Origin: an uncultured bacterium
GTDB lineage: Bacteria > Verrucomicrobiota > Kiritimatiellia > RFP12 > UBA1067
Direction: 5' to 3'
DNA: 64,000 nt
Assembly: GCA_942493055.1 (NCBI GenBank)
Contig: OW818680.1
Location: forward strand, 4,184,529-4,248,528
Shown: one piece after another, positions 1 to 8,869 of the stretch
How positions within the stretch are numbered: the first letter of the stretch is position 1
Layout: the number at the start of each line of letters is the position of its first letter
The notes under the pieces: model-generated
Seen by the model: only the letters and a program-made list of their open reading frames with translations
What the model was told of the DNA's origin: nothing
The model's database searches: none
Translations under genes and position numbers: made by a program

Positions 1-1138
1 CAGGCATGGGCTGTTTATCAATGACGTGAGCCTGAGGAGCAATGTGGTCTCCATCGCCGAAGCCTTCACGGCAGGTGGGTATGACACCGCCTATATCGGG
101 AAGTGGCATGTGGACGGTCAGGGGCGCTCCGCCTATATTCCAAAAGAGCGGCATCAGGGTTTTGATTACTGGAAAGTCTTGGAATGTACGCACGAGTATA
201 ACCAATCCTTTTTTTATGCGCAGGATGACCCGGCAAAGCAGGTATGGAAGGGATACGATGCCTTTGCCCAGACCCAGGATGCGCAGGCCTATATCAGCAG
301 CCGCAAAAAAGAGGACAAGCCCTTTCTGCTGGTCCTGTCGTGGGGCCCCCCTCACAATCCCTACCCCACCGCGCCTGAGGCGTATCAGCTCTTTGATCCA
401 GCAAAGATCATATTGCGTAAGAACGCCAAAGACACGCCGCCCTTTCGCACGGACTTGGCAGGTTATTATGCCCACATTGTTGCGCTCGATAAAGCCCTGG
501 GCGATCTGCTCAAGACCCTCGATGAGCAGAAACTTCGCGACAATACGATCTTTGTCTTCACCTCGGATCATGGCGATATGCTCGGTTCCCAGGGCGAGAC
601 CCGCAAGCAGCGGCCCTGGGATGAGTCCATTCGCGTTCCGTTGCTGATCCGGTATCCTGCGGCGCTCAAAAACGGACGAATCAGCCAACTCTTGATCAAT
701 ACACCCGACCTTATGCCGACGCTGCTGGGGTTGAGCAATGTTGAGGTGCCGTCCACTGTGGAAGGCGAAAACTATGCACCAATTCTGCGTGGCGAGCAGC
801 CGGAACCTGCTGACAGCGCGGCCCTGATCGCCTGCTATGCGCCCTCCGGGGAGTGGACTACTGCTCGGGGTGGGCGAGTCTATCGCGGAGTGCGCACGAC
901 GCGCTATACGTATGTGCGCACACTTAATGGCCCCTGGCTCCTCTATGACAATGTGGTCGATCCCTATCAGCTGGAAAACAAGGTCGCTGATCCGAACTGC
1001 CACGCTGTCCGAGAAAAGCTCGAAAGGGAACTGACGCGTCTGCTCAAGAAGACCCAGGATGATTTCCGCCCCGGCACGGAGTATATTCAGAAATGGGGCT
1101 ACAAGGTTGACAATGCAGGGACAGCGCCGTATAAGTAA
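1..1138 (+). CDS. Sulfatase (arylsulfatase family), 5'-partial; the frame is open to the window edge
   Basis: The frame from nt 2 has no stop before the window edge. It carries the sulfatase C-terminal signature TSDHGDMLGSQGE and WGPPHNPY, with conserved sulfatase-fold blocks. The N-terminal C/SxPxR motif lies outside the window. Confidence 0.85.
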   Translation, partial: RHGLFINDVSLRSNVVSIAEAFTAGGYDTAYIGKWHVDGQGRSAYIPKERHQGFDYWKVLECTHEYNQSFFYAQDDPAKQVWKGYDAFAQTQDAQAYISSRKKEDKPFLLVLSWGPPHNPYPTAPEAYQLFDPAKIILRKNAKDTPPFRTDLAGYYAHIVALDKALGDLLKTLDEQKLRDNTIFVFTSDHGDMLGSQGETRKQRPWDESIRVPLLIRYPAALKNGRISQLLINTPDLMPTLLGLSNVEVPSTVEGENYAPILRGEQPEPADSAALIACYAPSGEWTTARGGRVYRGVRTTRYTYVRTLNGPWLLYDNVVDPYQLENKVADPNCHAVREKLERELTRLLKKTQDDFRPGTEYIQKWGYKVDNAGTAPYK

Positions 1139-1179
1139 GGACGCCGCCCGCCATGTGGGAATGAACTGACGGGCAACTT

Positions 1180-1239
1180 GGAGAAGTGTCAATAAGTCTT
1201 AGAAGTGTCAGTAAGTGTCAGTAAGTTGGGAATCAGAGG
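1180..1239. repeat. 60-bp repeat (GTGTCA-rich), inverted partner of 3504-3563
   Basis: Its reverse complement matches 3504-3563 with about 3 mismatches in 60 (ggagaagtgtcaataagtcttagaagtgtcagtaagtgtcagtaagttgggaatcagagg). The partner forms the tail of the composite repeat at 3311-3586. Confidence 0.8.
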
Positions 1240-1271
1240 CAAGCATCCGAATGACGCGAACCACACTGCGG

Positions 1272-1354
1272 CTCACCGAGACGGTTCGCCCTACCGCCTT
1301 CGGATCAGACAAATGCCTCATGCGAAGCAGGGTAGGGCGAACCGTCTCGGTGAG
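1272..1354. repeat. Large hairpin with a perfect 24-bp stem and a roughly 35-nt loop
   Basis: ctcaccgagacggttcgccctacc at 1272-1295 pairs perfectly with ggtagggcgaaccgtctcggtgag at 1331-1354. There is no T-tract after it. Confidence 0.8.
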
Positions 1355-1464
1355 CCGTTGATTCGTATGGTTCGTGCCATTCGATGCAAAGAAGTTACCC
1401 GCCCGTTTATTTCCTGCCCCTGGCGGCGGGATTACACGCAAATTAAGATTAAAAAGAAGGAAAA

Positions 1465-1965
1465 ATGACGCGTAAAAGATCGTACTGGAAAGTTACCCTT
1501 CTCGTGCTCCTTCTTGCGGTTTGTTGTTATAAACCACAAAGCACGTTTGATCTTTTCTCAAAGTCCGTAAGAACCTGTTCGGGGTTTGTAAAGGCAAAGC
1601 TGGCCTTTGATCCTGTGAAGCGACTTGCACAGGAGGTCGCGCCTCGTCCGCTTCAGCAGCAGCAGTTTGTCGCAGGAACTATGACTTCCGGTTCCGGGAC
1701 GGTCATCCGAATATTGCCGGATGACCAAGCGGGAAGTCGGCATCAGCGGTTTATCATCAGGCTTTCGACGGGACAGACATTGCTGATCGCTCACAACATC
1801 GACATCGCCCCTCGGATTGGAAATCTTAGTATGGGCGATACGGTCGCCTTTTTGGGAGAGTATGAGCCTAATTCGAAGGGCGGCGTGATCCACTGGACCC
1901 ACCGTGATCCCAAAGGCCTCCATGCAGCAGGCTGGCTGAATCATAAGGGTCAGATGTATCAATAG
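1465..1965 (+). CDS. Hypothetical secreted or membrane-anchored protein
   Basis: A 166-aa ORF begins with an RBS-like aagaaggaaaa sequence before the ATG. The N-terminal hydrophobic segment (LLVLLLAVCC) is signal-like. The antisense ORF 1558-1962 is judged spurious. Confidence 0.5.
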   Translation: MTRKRSYWKVTLLVLLLAVCCYKPQSTFDLFSKSVRTCSGFVKAKLAFDPVKRLAQEVAPRPLQQQQFVAGTMTSGSGTVIRILPDDQAGSRHQRFIIRLSTGQTLLIAHNIDIAPRIGNLSMGDTVAFLGEYEPNSKGGVIHWTHRDPKGLHAAGWLNHKGQMYQ

Positions 1966-2177
1966 CCCGCAGTCGGGTTTCTCGGGAGCGGCGCGGCTTC
2001 CCGCGCCGGCCGGAACGCGAAGGCGTTCCGCGGCAGAAGAAAAAAACGGTCAGAGGCGTGACAACGCCGAGGGAACATGCTATGCTAGCACCTGTATTAT
2101 GCTGAATAACGTGCATGTCGGCAGCATGTCACGTGTGGAGGTGTGAAGCATAGCGACAGGAAAATGCGAGGATTCCT

Positions 2178-3293
2178 ATGAGTACTGTAGACTTGGGTTC
2201 GGTAGAGGCGTTCAAAATTCTGGTTGAAGATTTTCCAGACATGATTCATTCCGTTAATTCGGACGGGCAGATCATCTACGTCAATAAGATGGCCTCATGC
2301 CTGCTGGGGTATACGCGTGATGAGCTGATGGCCATGAACATTCGGCAGCTCTATCCGCAGGAGATTCTGGAGGCTGTCGAGGAAGGTTTTAAAGAGGTAA
2401 AGCTGTACGCTGGAGAGAAGCGTATTGAAAGTCAGTTTCTGTCGAAGGACGGAACCCGCATCCCTGTTGAACTGCGCACCCTGGCAATCCGTGATGAGAA
2501 AAAAGTATTTCTCCGGACCTTTACGGTCTCGCGCGATATGCGCAAACTAAAAGAGATGCAGGATCATTTGCTCCATGCGGGCCGCCTGGCAGCGATTGGC
2601 GAACTCGCGGCAGGGGTCGTCCATGACCTGAATAACCCATTGACCGCAATCGTCATGGTGGCTGAGATTATGAAGAAGAGCGCGGGGAACAAAGCGACCA
2701 CGCTGCAGGAGTTTCGTGATCAAGCCAGCCAATATGCGGACGTCATCACGGATTCTGCGGGTTCGATGGGGGCGATCACCACGCGCCTGCGCGATTTTGC
2801 ACGCGGTGTCAAGGAGCAGCATCAGCCCGTTGACCTCTATGAGCCGATCCATGACGCCCTTTTTATTATGGGCCATCGCTTCCGTCGCGCCAACATCAAT
2901 GTAATGCGTAAAATGTCGAAGAACCGTCACTGGGTCATGGGTGACTTCAATCAGATCGAGCAGATCTTCTTGAACCTTTTTGCCAATGCCTGTGATGCCA
3001 TGGATGCGTGCGAGACGCGCACATTGACCGTGGAGATTTCACCCGTGACCCGGGATGATGAGATGTTCTGGTGTTGTATGGTGAGAGATACGGGAGCCGG
3101 AATTCCGCAAGACCAGCAGGAGCATGTCTTTGAGTCGTTCTATACGACCAAACCGCGCGGCAAGGGCACAGGACTCGGCCTCAGCATTGTGGGGACCATC
3201 ATCAAGGAACACAATGGCTCTGTCTGGCTCGAATCCGAAGTCGGCAAAGGCACGACCTTCTTTATCCTGCTTCCGTTCAAGAAGGACGAATAA
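2178..3293 (+). CDS. PAS-domain sensor histidine kinase (cytoplasmic, no transmembrane segment)
   Basis: An RBS (gagga) precedes the ATG. There is an N-terminal PAS region (SVNSDGQIIYVNKMASCLLGYTRDEL), an H-box (AAIGELAAGVVHDLNNPLTAI), and an HATPase N, G1 and G2 set (DTGAGIP...GKGTGLGLSIVG...GKGTTF). No response regulator is adjacent. Confidence 0.9.
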   Translation: MSTVDLGSVEAFKILVEDFPDMIHSVNSDGQIIYVNKMASCLLGYTRDELMAMNIRQLYPQEILEAVEEGFKEVKLYAGEKRIESQFLSKDGTRIPVELRTLAIRDEKKVFLRTFTVSRDMRKLKEMQDHLLHAGRLAAIGELAAGVVHDLNNPLTAIVMVAEIMKKSAGNKATTLQEFRDQASQYADVITDSAGSMGAITTRLRDFARGVKEQHQPVDLYEPIHDALFIMGHRFRRANINVMRKMSKNRHWVMGDFNQIEQIFLNLFANACDAMDACETRTLTVEISPVTRDDEMFWCCMVRDTGAGIPQDQQEHVFESFYTTKPRGKGTGLGLSIVGTIIKEHNGSVWLESEVGKGTTFFILLPFKKDE

Positions 3294-3310
3294 ACGGCCT
3301 GTAGCTTCCC

Positions 3311-3586
3311 TGGAATGTTGGAATATCCACCTACGCCAAGGCTACGGCGGACAGGTGGGAATGTTGGAATGATGGGAAAAGATGAATAGCGGCTATGGGA
3401 GGGGCACGCGCCTGCGTGCCTGTGCCGCAGAGGCCTGCGCCGCTCCCGTTCGTTTGGGGAGGGCGGTCGGATCGACCGCCTGGACGGCGATCCTCCGTCC
3501 CTCCCTCTGATTCCCAACTTGCTGACACGTACTGACACTTCTAAGACTTATTGACACTTCTCCGTGTTCCCCCTCAGTTTATTCCC
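3311..3586. repeat. Composite intergenic repeat: (TGGAATR)n arm, GC-rich two-hairpin core at 3456-3506, tail ending in CAGTTTATTCC
   Basis: It starts right after the histidine kinase stop codon. The core gggagggcggtcggatcgaccgcctggacggcgatcctccgtccctccc is the reverse complement of the cores at 30574, 34119 and 45144. It is a member of a family of at least 8 copies in this window. Confidence 0.85.
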
Positions 3587-4245
3587 GGAAATGCGTTTAT
3601 ACACCTCCGTGTGTCAAGGCCCAGCGCTTCAACGATCCGTTGCTCAAGCGCTTGCCCGCACGTGATGAAGGCTGCGCAGGACGCGCTCTCTGTGCGTATC
3701 AGTTGCCACACCCGCTCCGTCATGCCGTGACCGAGCTGGTCAACCCAGTGGTCCTCCCCGCCGATCAGGCTATACCAGGGGATCTGAAAGCAGGCGTGCA
3801 AAATCCGGCCTTGATGGGCGAGCAGGGGGGTTGAAATTAAAATCGCCTCCGGCTTCTCCCCGAGTTGGTCAAGCGCGTCAAAGAGTTCGGCATCCAGGCG
3901 CGGATCGTATTGACCGCTAAGCGTCGCCAGCGTCATCTCAGCGCCCTGCGAGGGATCGCTGGTCTTCGCCAGGCGTGCGACGCGTGAGAGCAGCCAGGGA
4001 TGGTCCAGCAGCGCGTTGATGCTGTCCGGGAGCTTTTGCAGGAGCGGCCAGGCCGTGCCCAGCCACATGCGGACCGCGCCGTAATAGACCGGAGATCGCT
4101 CCTGCTCGGCAAGCGGAAGATAGACCGGTAACGAGCGCACAATATGGCCTGCCTTTGAAAAGCCATCCAGCAACTGATGATCTCTCAAACAGTTTTCACA
4201 TTGGAACCCGTTCGCGGTCCCGGGGCGTAGCCAAACAATGCGCAT
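3574..4245 (-). CDS. Hypothetical protein; the 3' end runs into the composite repeat and may be truncated
   Basis: A 223-aa ORF lies 6 bp downstream of the 4251-5336 gene, which suggests an operon. Its last 4-5 codons and the stop codon are encoded by repeat sequence. No confident family assignment was made. Confidence 0.45.
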   Translation of the reverse strand: MRIVWLRPGTANGFQCENCLRDHQLLDGFSKAGHIVRSLPVYLPLAEQERSPVYYGAVRMWLGTAWPLLQKLPDSINALLDHPWLLSRVARLAKTSDPSQGAEMTLATLSGQYDPRLDAELFDALDQLGEKPEAILISTPLLAHQGRILHACFQIPWYSLIGGEDHWVDQLGHGMTERVWQLIRTESASCAAFITCGQALEQRIVEALGLDTRRCINAFPGIN

Positions 4246-4250
4246 AGGTG

Positions 4251-5336
4251 TTACTCGACAACAATATCGAAGGCAGCTTTGTAATCAACGCCCGGCATAT
4301 CCGAGGTGACCGAGAGCCGCCAATAGTATTTGGTGTTGCCCATCTCTCGGGTCGGATGTGCGCCCTGGGATGCGACAGGAAGTTCGAAATGGAAGGAGAC
4401 GTGTGTCTGCTCTGAGCCTGCAGGTGAACCGCCGCTGATCAGCTCCGAACTCCACAGGACGTCATGATGCGTGGAGCGATGCTTGCCAGAGCCGGTCGTG
4501 TATTGGTGCGTGCAGGCGAGCACGCCCTTGAACTCGCCCTCCACCATCTTGGGAATCATCACAGTCGCGTGCAGGCGGTCGCCGAGCCTGACAATGGAGG
4601 AGGAGAGCATGAGTTCGCTCACGCCGAATTTGGAGAAGCGCATCCAGAAATAGACACCGCAGGCCGTCAGTATGACTCCCGGGAGTACACATAACCAGAG
4701 ATACCAGGGTATCGCTGCGAGGCCGACGAGTGTGACGACCTTCCACAGCAGCCAGCCCGCGACGCCATCTGCTATGATGCCGCCGAGGAGTAGCGAACGG
4801 TGAATGCCGGAGCTGCGCATCCGGATGTTGCCGTTCGCTAAACGCTTCGAGTCGCCGGAACTCAGTGTCCCCAGTAAGACGGCTATTGCTGCGCCCCCAA
4901 ACGCAAACACGAAGATCAGTTGGAATCCTATCATCTCCGGACGCAGGTCGCGAATCAGCACGACCTCTTCCGGATTAGCAGGGTTCACCCAGCAGGGGAA
5001 ACTCTTTTTGCTGAGGCGCGCGGTATCCAGTTTGTGAAACGTATTCTGGTGAAAGCGTCCGATATTGTCCGTGCCGGAATAAAACGACACCTTGTTGGAG
5101 TTGTACTTTTTGGAGTCCACGGTATATGTGTAGTCCGCGTCCACACGATAGGTGTAGCCGCCTTTGCTGCCCCGGTTGCGATGTAAGACGCAGGAGGTGA
5201 TCTCGGCCTTTGCTTCATTCCATGACCGCGCCGCCTCAACCCGGTTCACCGCTTGGACGGTCATGAACCCCATCCAGACGGCAACGCCCAGGAAGGGAAG
5301 CATAAACAGGGCAATAAAAATTTTAGATCCGCTCAT
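4251..5336 (-). CDS. Polytopic membrane protein with DUF3592-like modules
   Basis: A 361-aa ORF with an N-terminal transmembrane segment (IFIALFMLPFLGVAVWMGF), a soluble module, 3-4 central transmembrane segments, then a second soluble module. It belongs to the same operon as the ubiE-like and ubiA-like genes. Confidence 0.6.
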   Translation of the reverse strand: MSGSKIFIALFMLPFLGVAVWMGFMTVQAVNRVEAARSWNEAKAEITSCVLHRNRGSKGGYTYRVDADYTYTVDSKKYNSNKVSFYSGTDNIGRFHQNTFHKLDTARLSKKSFPCWVNPANPEEVVLIRDLRPEMIGFQLIFVFAFGGAAIAVLLGTLSSGDSKRLANGNIRMRSSGIHRSLLLGGIIADGVAGWLLWKVVTLVGLAAIPWYLWLCVLPGVILTACGVYFWMRFSKFGVSELMLSSSIVRLGDRLHATVMIPKMVEGEFKGVLACTHQYTTGSGKHRSTHHDVLWSSELISGGSPAGSEQTHVSFHFELPVASQGAHPTREMGNTKYYWRLSVTSDMPGVDYKAAFDIVVE

Positions 5337-5399
5337 GGATGTTCCTCATTACTTTTCACCAAAGTATAATCTCCTCTTTTTCTGATTGCAAAACAAATC

Positions 5400-6116
5400 T
5401 TATTTCCGGGTCGCGTGATAACAGACGCACATGTCAAAGACAAAGCCAGTCTTGCGGACGGCGCTGAAGCCTGCGGCCGCGAGCAGGGCCTCCAGTTCGG
5501 TCGAAGACGGCATGGACTGCATGGAGCGCATGAGATAGCTGTAGGCGCCCGGATGACCAGTCAGCCAGCCCACAAGCGGCGCCACACTCTTCTGGTAGGC
5601 ATTGAATAATCCCTGCTTCAGCCGTGTCCCCGGCCGTGTCGCCTCCAGGATGATCAGACAGCCGTCTGGCTTAAGCACACGGGCCATCTCCGATAATGCC
5701 TTGGGCATATCCACGAAATTCCGCAGACCGAAACCCACGGTCACCGCATCAAAACGTCCTGCGTCAAAGGGCAACGCCATCACATCCCCGTGCACAAAGA
5801 CCGCTTTGTCCACTTTTCTGCGCGCAAGCGTCAGCATCTCTTCCGAAAAATCAAGGCCGATGACCCTGCTGGTCGGGCTCGCCTTCAACACAGCAATTAA
5901 AAAATCGCCAGTACCGCACGCCACATCCAGCACCTGTTGCGGCCGCTCTTCTGAAAAAGATGCAACGGCCTGTTTCCGCCAGTGTGCGGCAAGGCCGAAG
6001 GAGAGCAACGCATTGCCTCGGTCATATTCAGGCGCAAGGTCATCAAAGGTCCGTCGCAGTTGCGTCGCCTTCTCCTCGCTGGAGGCCGGGTCAGGTTTTA
6101 TCGAATCAAGGTTCAT
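5400..6116 (-). CDS. ubiE: Class I SAM-dependent methyltransferase, UbiE/MenG family (demethylmenaquinone / ubiquinone C-methyltransferase)
   Basis: SAM-binding motif I (LDVACGTGDF), post-I (IGLDFSEEML) and conserved UbiE/MenG blocks (ALPFDAGRFDAVTVGFGLRN, LKPDGCLIILE). Its start overlaps the upstream ubiA-like gene by 4 bp. Confidence 0.85.
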   Translation of the reverse strand: MNLDSIKPDPASSEEKATQLRRTFDDLAPEYDRGNALLSFGLAAHWRKQAVASFSEERPQQVLDVACGTGDFLIAVLKASPTSRVIGLDFSEEMLTLARRKVDKAVFVHGDVMALPFDAGRFDAVTVGFGLRNFVDMPKALSEMARVLKPDGCLIILEATRPGTRLKQGLFNAYQKSVAPLVGWLTGHPGAYSYLMRSMQSMPSSTELEALLAAAGFSAVRKTGFVFDMCVCYHATRK

Positions 6117-7024
6117 GTCGATTGCCCAAAGACAAGCAGGCTGACAATCATCAGCGCACAGAAGAGAAAATGAAAGCCGGCTGAACGCTCCTCCAACGTC
6201 TCCACCCGCTTGCGTTGCAATGCGTCACGGGAGAGCGCAAGGCCCAAGGGCAATGCTAAGAAAGGAGGCAGGAAGGCGTAGAATGGCACATACAAACTCA
6301 TCAGGATGCACAGCAGGACAAACGGTGCCATGTTCAAGACGACATAGAGCCCGAAAGCGAAACGTTCACCGGTCAGGAGCGAGAAGGTCTTGATCTTGGC
6401 CGCGCGGTCAGAGGCGATGTCGCGCAGGTCATTGCCATGGAGAATGGCGGCGACGAGGCAGCCGACAGGCAGGGAGAGCAAGGCCGCTTTCAGGGAGAGG
6501 GTTTGCGTCTGTGCAAAAAAGGACGCGAGAACCTCCAGCGGTCCCATCAACAGGAAAACGCCCGGCACCCCGAGTCCGGCATATTTGAAGAAGCGGGTGG
6601 TATAGCAGGCGGCGCCCAGCACCCCGGCGGCAGCGAAGAAGAGCAGCTTCCAGGTCGAGAGCGCGACAATCACTGCCGCCAATACGATGCTGAGCAGGAG
6701 CAGTGCAGTGCCTGCGCGGCGGACAATCGGCAAGGGTATGGGACACGGCGGCTTGTCCTTGTCCACACCTGAAACGCCATCCCCGTAAGTGTTCAGCAAG
6801 TTAGTGGCCAGTTGCAGGCACCAGCCGCACGCCAGCATCAGACCCACGAGCAGCCACGAGAAGCAACCAGCCTGGTGCGCCAGCACAGCCCCTAAAGCGA
6901 TGGGCATAGTTGTCGCAGTCAGCGACCAGATCCGCATTGTCATCAGCCATGTTTTCATACGTGCGAACAGCATACACGAATCCCTGTTTCCGGCGCAAGC
7001 GCAGAAAATTTCAGAAAATTGCAC
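6113..7024 (-). CDS. UbiA-family aromatic polyprenyltransferase (MenA-like)
   Basis: About 8 transmembrane helices and two Asp-rich motifs (NLLNTYGDGVSGVDKD and HGNDLRDIASDRAAKIKT) typical of the UbiA/MenA superfamily. The true start is probably internal, near MKTWLM. Confidence 0.75.
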   Translation of the reverse strand: MQFSEIFCACAGNRDSCMLFARMKTWLMTMRIWSLTATTMPIALGAVLAHQAGCFSWLLVGLMLACGWCLQLATNLLNTYGDGVSGVDKDKPPCPIPLPIVRRAGTALLLLSIVLAAVIVALSTWKLLFFAAAGVLGAACYTTRFFKYAGLGVPGVFLLMGPLEVLASFFAQTQTLSLKAALLSLPVGCLVAAILHGNDLRDIASDRAAKIKTFSLLTGERFAFGLYVVLNMAPFVLLCILMSLYVPFYAFLPPFLALPLGLALSRDALQRKRVETLEERSAGFHFLFCALMIVSLLVFGQST

Positions 7025-7063
7025 TTGCCTATAAACGACATTCTTTGTTAGTGTTCAAAACAT

Positions 7064-8860
7064 ATGAGAAACTTTATGATCACGTTACATCAGATTCTCT
7101 TCGTTGCAACGACAGCGGCCAGCCTTGCCTTTGCAGGCTCGGTTGTCACGGTCGAGGGCCAGGCGGGTGCCTATCAGCTCGTCAAGGACAGCAAGCCCTA
7201 CTTTGTCAGGGGCGCTGGCGGAGGCGGGCCCAAGGACCTCTTGAAGGCGCTCGGCGGCAACTCCTTCCGCACCTGGGGCAGCGATGATGCGGCGCAACAA
7301 TTGGACGAAGCGCAAAAGCAGGGGCTCACCGTCACGATCGGCCATTGGCTGGGACACCAGGCGCATGGCTTCAATTACGGCGATGCCGCCGCGCTTGCGC
7401 GCCAGAAAGAGGATGTGCGGAAGACGGTGCTGAAACACAAGGACCATCCTGCGCTGCTGATGTGGGCGCTGGGCAATGAGATGGAGATGAATTGCTCGCA
7501 TGAGGAGTCGATGTGGAACCATATCAACGACTTGGCGCTGATGGTCAAGTCGTTGGACCCGCACCACCCTGTGATGACCGTCATTGCGGAAATTCCCGAT
7601 GCAAAGGTCCAGTCCCTTCATCGTCTCTGCCCCGCAATCGATGTCGTGGGCATCAACACGTATGGCGGCGCAGCCTCCATACCCGAGCGCTGGCGCAAGG
7701 CTGGCGGCACCAAGCCCTACATCATCACGGAGTTCGGTCCGCCCGGCCAGTGGGAGGTGAAGAAGAACGCCTTTGGCTGTCCCCCAGAACTGACCAGCAC
7801 GGAAAAGGGGAAATTCTATGGCGAGGTTTATCGCAAGGTCACAGCAGCGGACAAAGGAAAGCTCTGCCTCGGCCTCTATGCGTTCACCTGGGGATACAAG
7901 GTCGAGGCCACGCCGACCTGGTATGGCCTGCTGCTGCCCGACAACTCCAAGCTCGCCGCAACCGAGGCGATGCAGGAGTGCTGGGGCGAGTCGAAGGTCG
8001 GCAATCGCGTCCCGCACATTGAAAAGCTGGAGGTCTCCAAGGATGTCCTGACCAGCGAAGGCGAAACATTCACGGCATCAACCTCGGCCTCTGATCCTGA
8101 AAACGATCCGCTGACCTGGAAGTGGATCTTGATGCAGGAGTCCGCGCATTATGATGTGACGGGTGTGGGCGAGCCGACACCTCCTGGATTCGCCGATGCG
8201 ATCATCTCAGGCCAAGGCACGCCGAAGGTCATTGTGAAGCCTCCGGCTGGCGGCAAGTATCGCCTCTATGCATACGTGTTCGACGGAAAGAAAAATGCCG
8301 CGTATGCCAATTGCGCGATACAGGGTGCAGGCGCTGAGTTTAAGGCGAAGCCTGCTCAGGTCAAGCTGCCGTGCGCCGTCTTTGCTTCAGGCGAGCCGGA
8401 GCGCTGGGCAGCCTCAGGCTACATGGGCAACCATGGCGCGATCAAGATGGAGCTGGGCTGCACGGAGAAACCGCATAGCGGCGCAACCTGCATCAAGGTC
8501 TCCTATAACGCCTCGGACAACTGGGCGGGCGTGATGTGGCAGCATCCGGCCAACGACTGGGGCAAGCAAGCAGGCGGCTTCAATCTCGAAGGCGCGACCA
8601 TGTTGGTCTTCTGGGCGCGCGGCGAGACAGGCGGTGAAAAGGTCAGCTTCGCGATTGGCGGACTCACGAATACGGAGTTTTCAGATAGCGCCCAGGCGGA
8701 ACTCAAAGACGTCGTACTCAAGAATGTCTGGACGCGCTATCGCATTCCGCTGGACGGACGTGACATGCAATGCATCAAGACAGGCTTCAAGTGGGTCATT
8801 GCGAATCCTGGCAAGCCGCTCACCTTTTACCTGGATGATATCTATTACACGCAGGACTAA
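7064..8860 (+). CDS. Secreted glycoside hydrolase with a GH2-type (clan GH-A) catalytic TIM barrel and a C-terminal beta-sandwich or CBM-like domain
   Basis: Signal peptide present. The acid/base motif HPALLMWALGNEME and the nucleophile motif YIITEFGP resemble GH2 (GusB-like WSIANE and ITEYG). The barrel starts directly after the signal peptide, with no GH2 N-terminal sugar-binding domain. Confidence 0.75.
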   Translation: MRNFMITLHQILFVATTAASLAFAGSVVTVEGQAGAYQLVKDSKPYFVRGAGGGGPKDLLKALGGNSFRTWGSDDAAQQLDEAQKQGLTVTIGHWLGHQAHGFNYGDAAALARQKEDVRKTVLKHKDHPALLMWALGNEMEMNCSHEESMWNHINDLALMVKSLDPHHPVMTVIAEIPDAKVQSLHRLCPAIDVVGINTYGGAASIPERWRKAGGTKPYIITEFGPPGQWEVKKNAFGCPPELTSTEKGKFYGEVYRKVTAADKGKLCLGLYAFTWGYKVEATPTWYGLLLPDNSKLAATEAMQECWGESKVGNRVPHIEKLEVSKDVLTSEGETFTASTSASDPENDPLTWKWILMQESAHYDVTGVGEPTPPGFADAIISGQGTPKVIVKPPAGGKYRLYAYVFDGKKNAAYANCAIQGAGAEFKAKPAQVKLPCAVFASGEPERWAASGYMGNHGAIKMELGCTEKPHSGATCIKVSYNASDNWAGVMWQHPANDWGKQAGGFNLEGATMLVFWARGETGGEKVSFAIGGLTNTEFSDSAQAELKDVVLKNVWTRYRIPLDGRDMQCIKTGFKWVIANPGKPLTFYLDDIYYTQD

Positions 8861-8869
8861 ATAAGCGTC

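Noticed and set aside
1205-1468. An 87-aa ORF with an antisense partner at 1208-1441
   Set aside because: It lies entirely within the 60-bp repeat and the 24-bp-stem hairpin, so the sequence is repeat-derived and not credible coding.
1985-2040. Two tandem GC hairpins (ggcgcgg-cttc-ccgcgcc and ggaacgc-gaag-gcgttcc) after the 1465-1965 ORF, considered as a terminator
   Set aside because: They are followed by an A-tract (agaagaaaaaaa) rather than a T-tract on the + strand. On the - strand the T-tract precedes the hairpins. It is therefore not a canonical intrinsic terminator for either direction; it may still be a REP-like element.
3640-3834. A short + strand ORF, and similar 60-110-aa ORFs throughout the track
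   Set aside because: They are embedded antisense or out of frame within larger supported genes, with no start context and biased composition.
7085-8017. A 310-aa ORF on the minus strand inside the GH2-like hydrolase gene
   Set aside because: It is antisense to a gene with strong catalytic motifs. The product is Arg/Ala/Gly-rich, as is typical for shadow ORFs in GC-rich DNA, and has no RBS.
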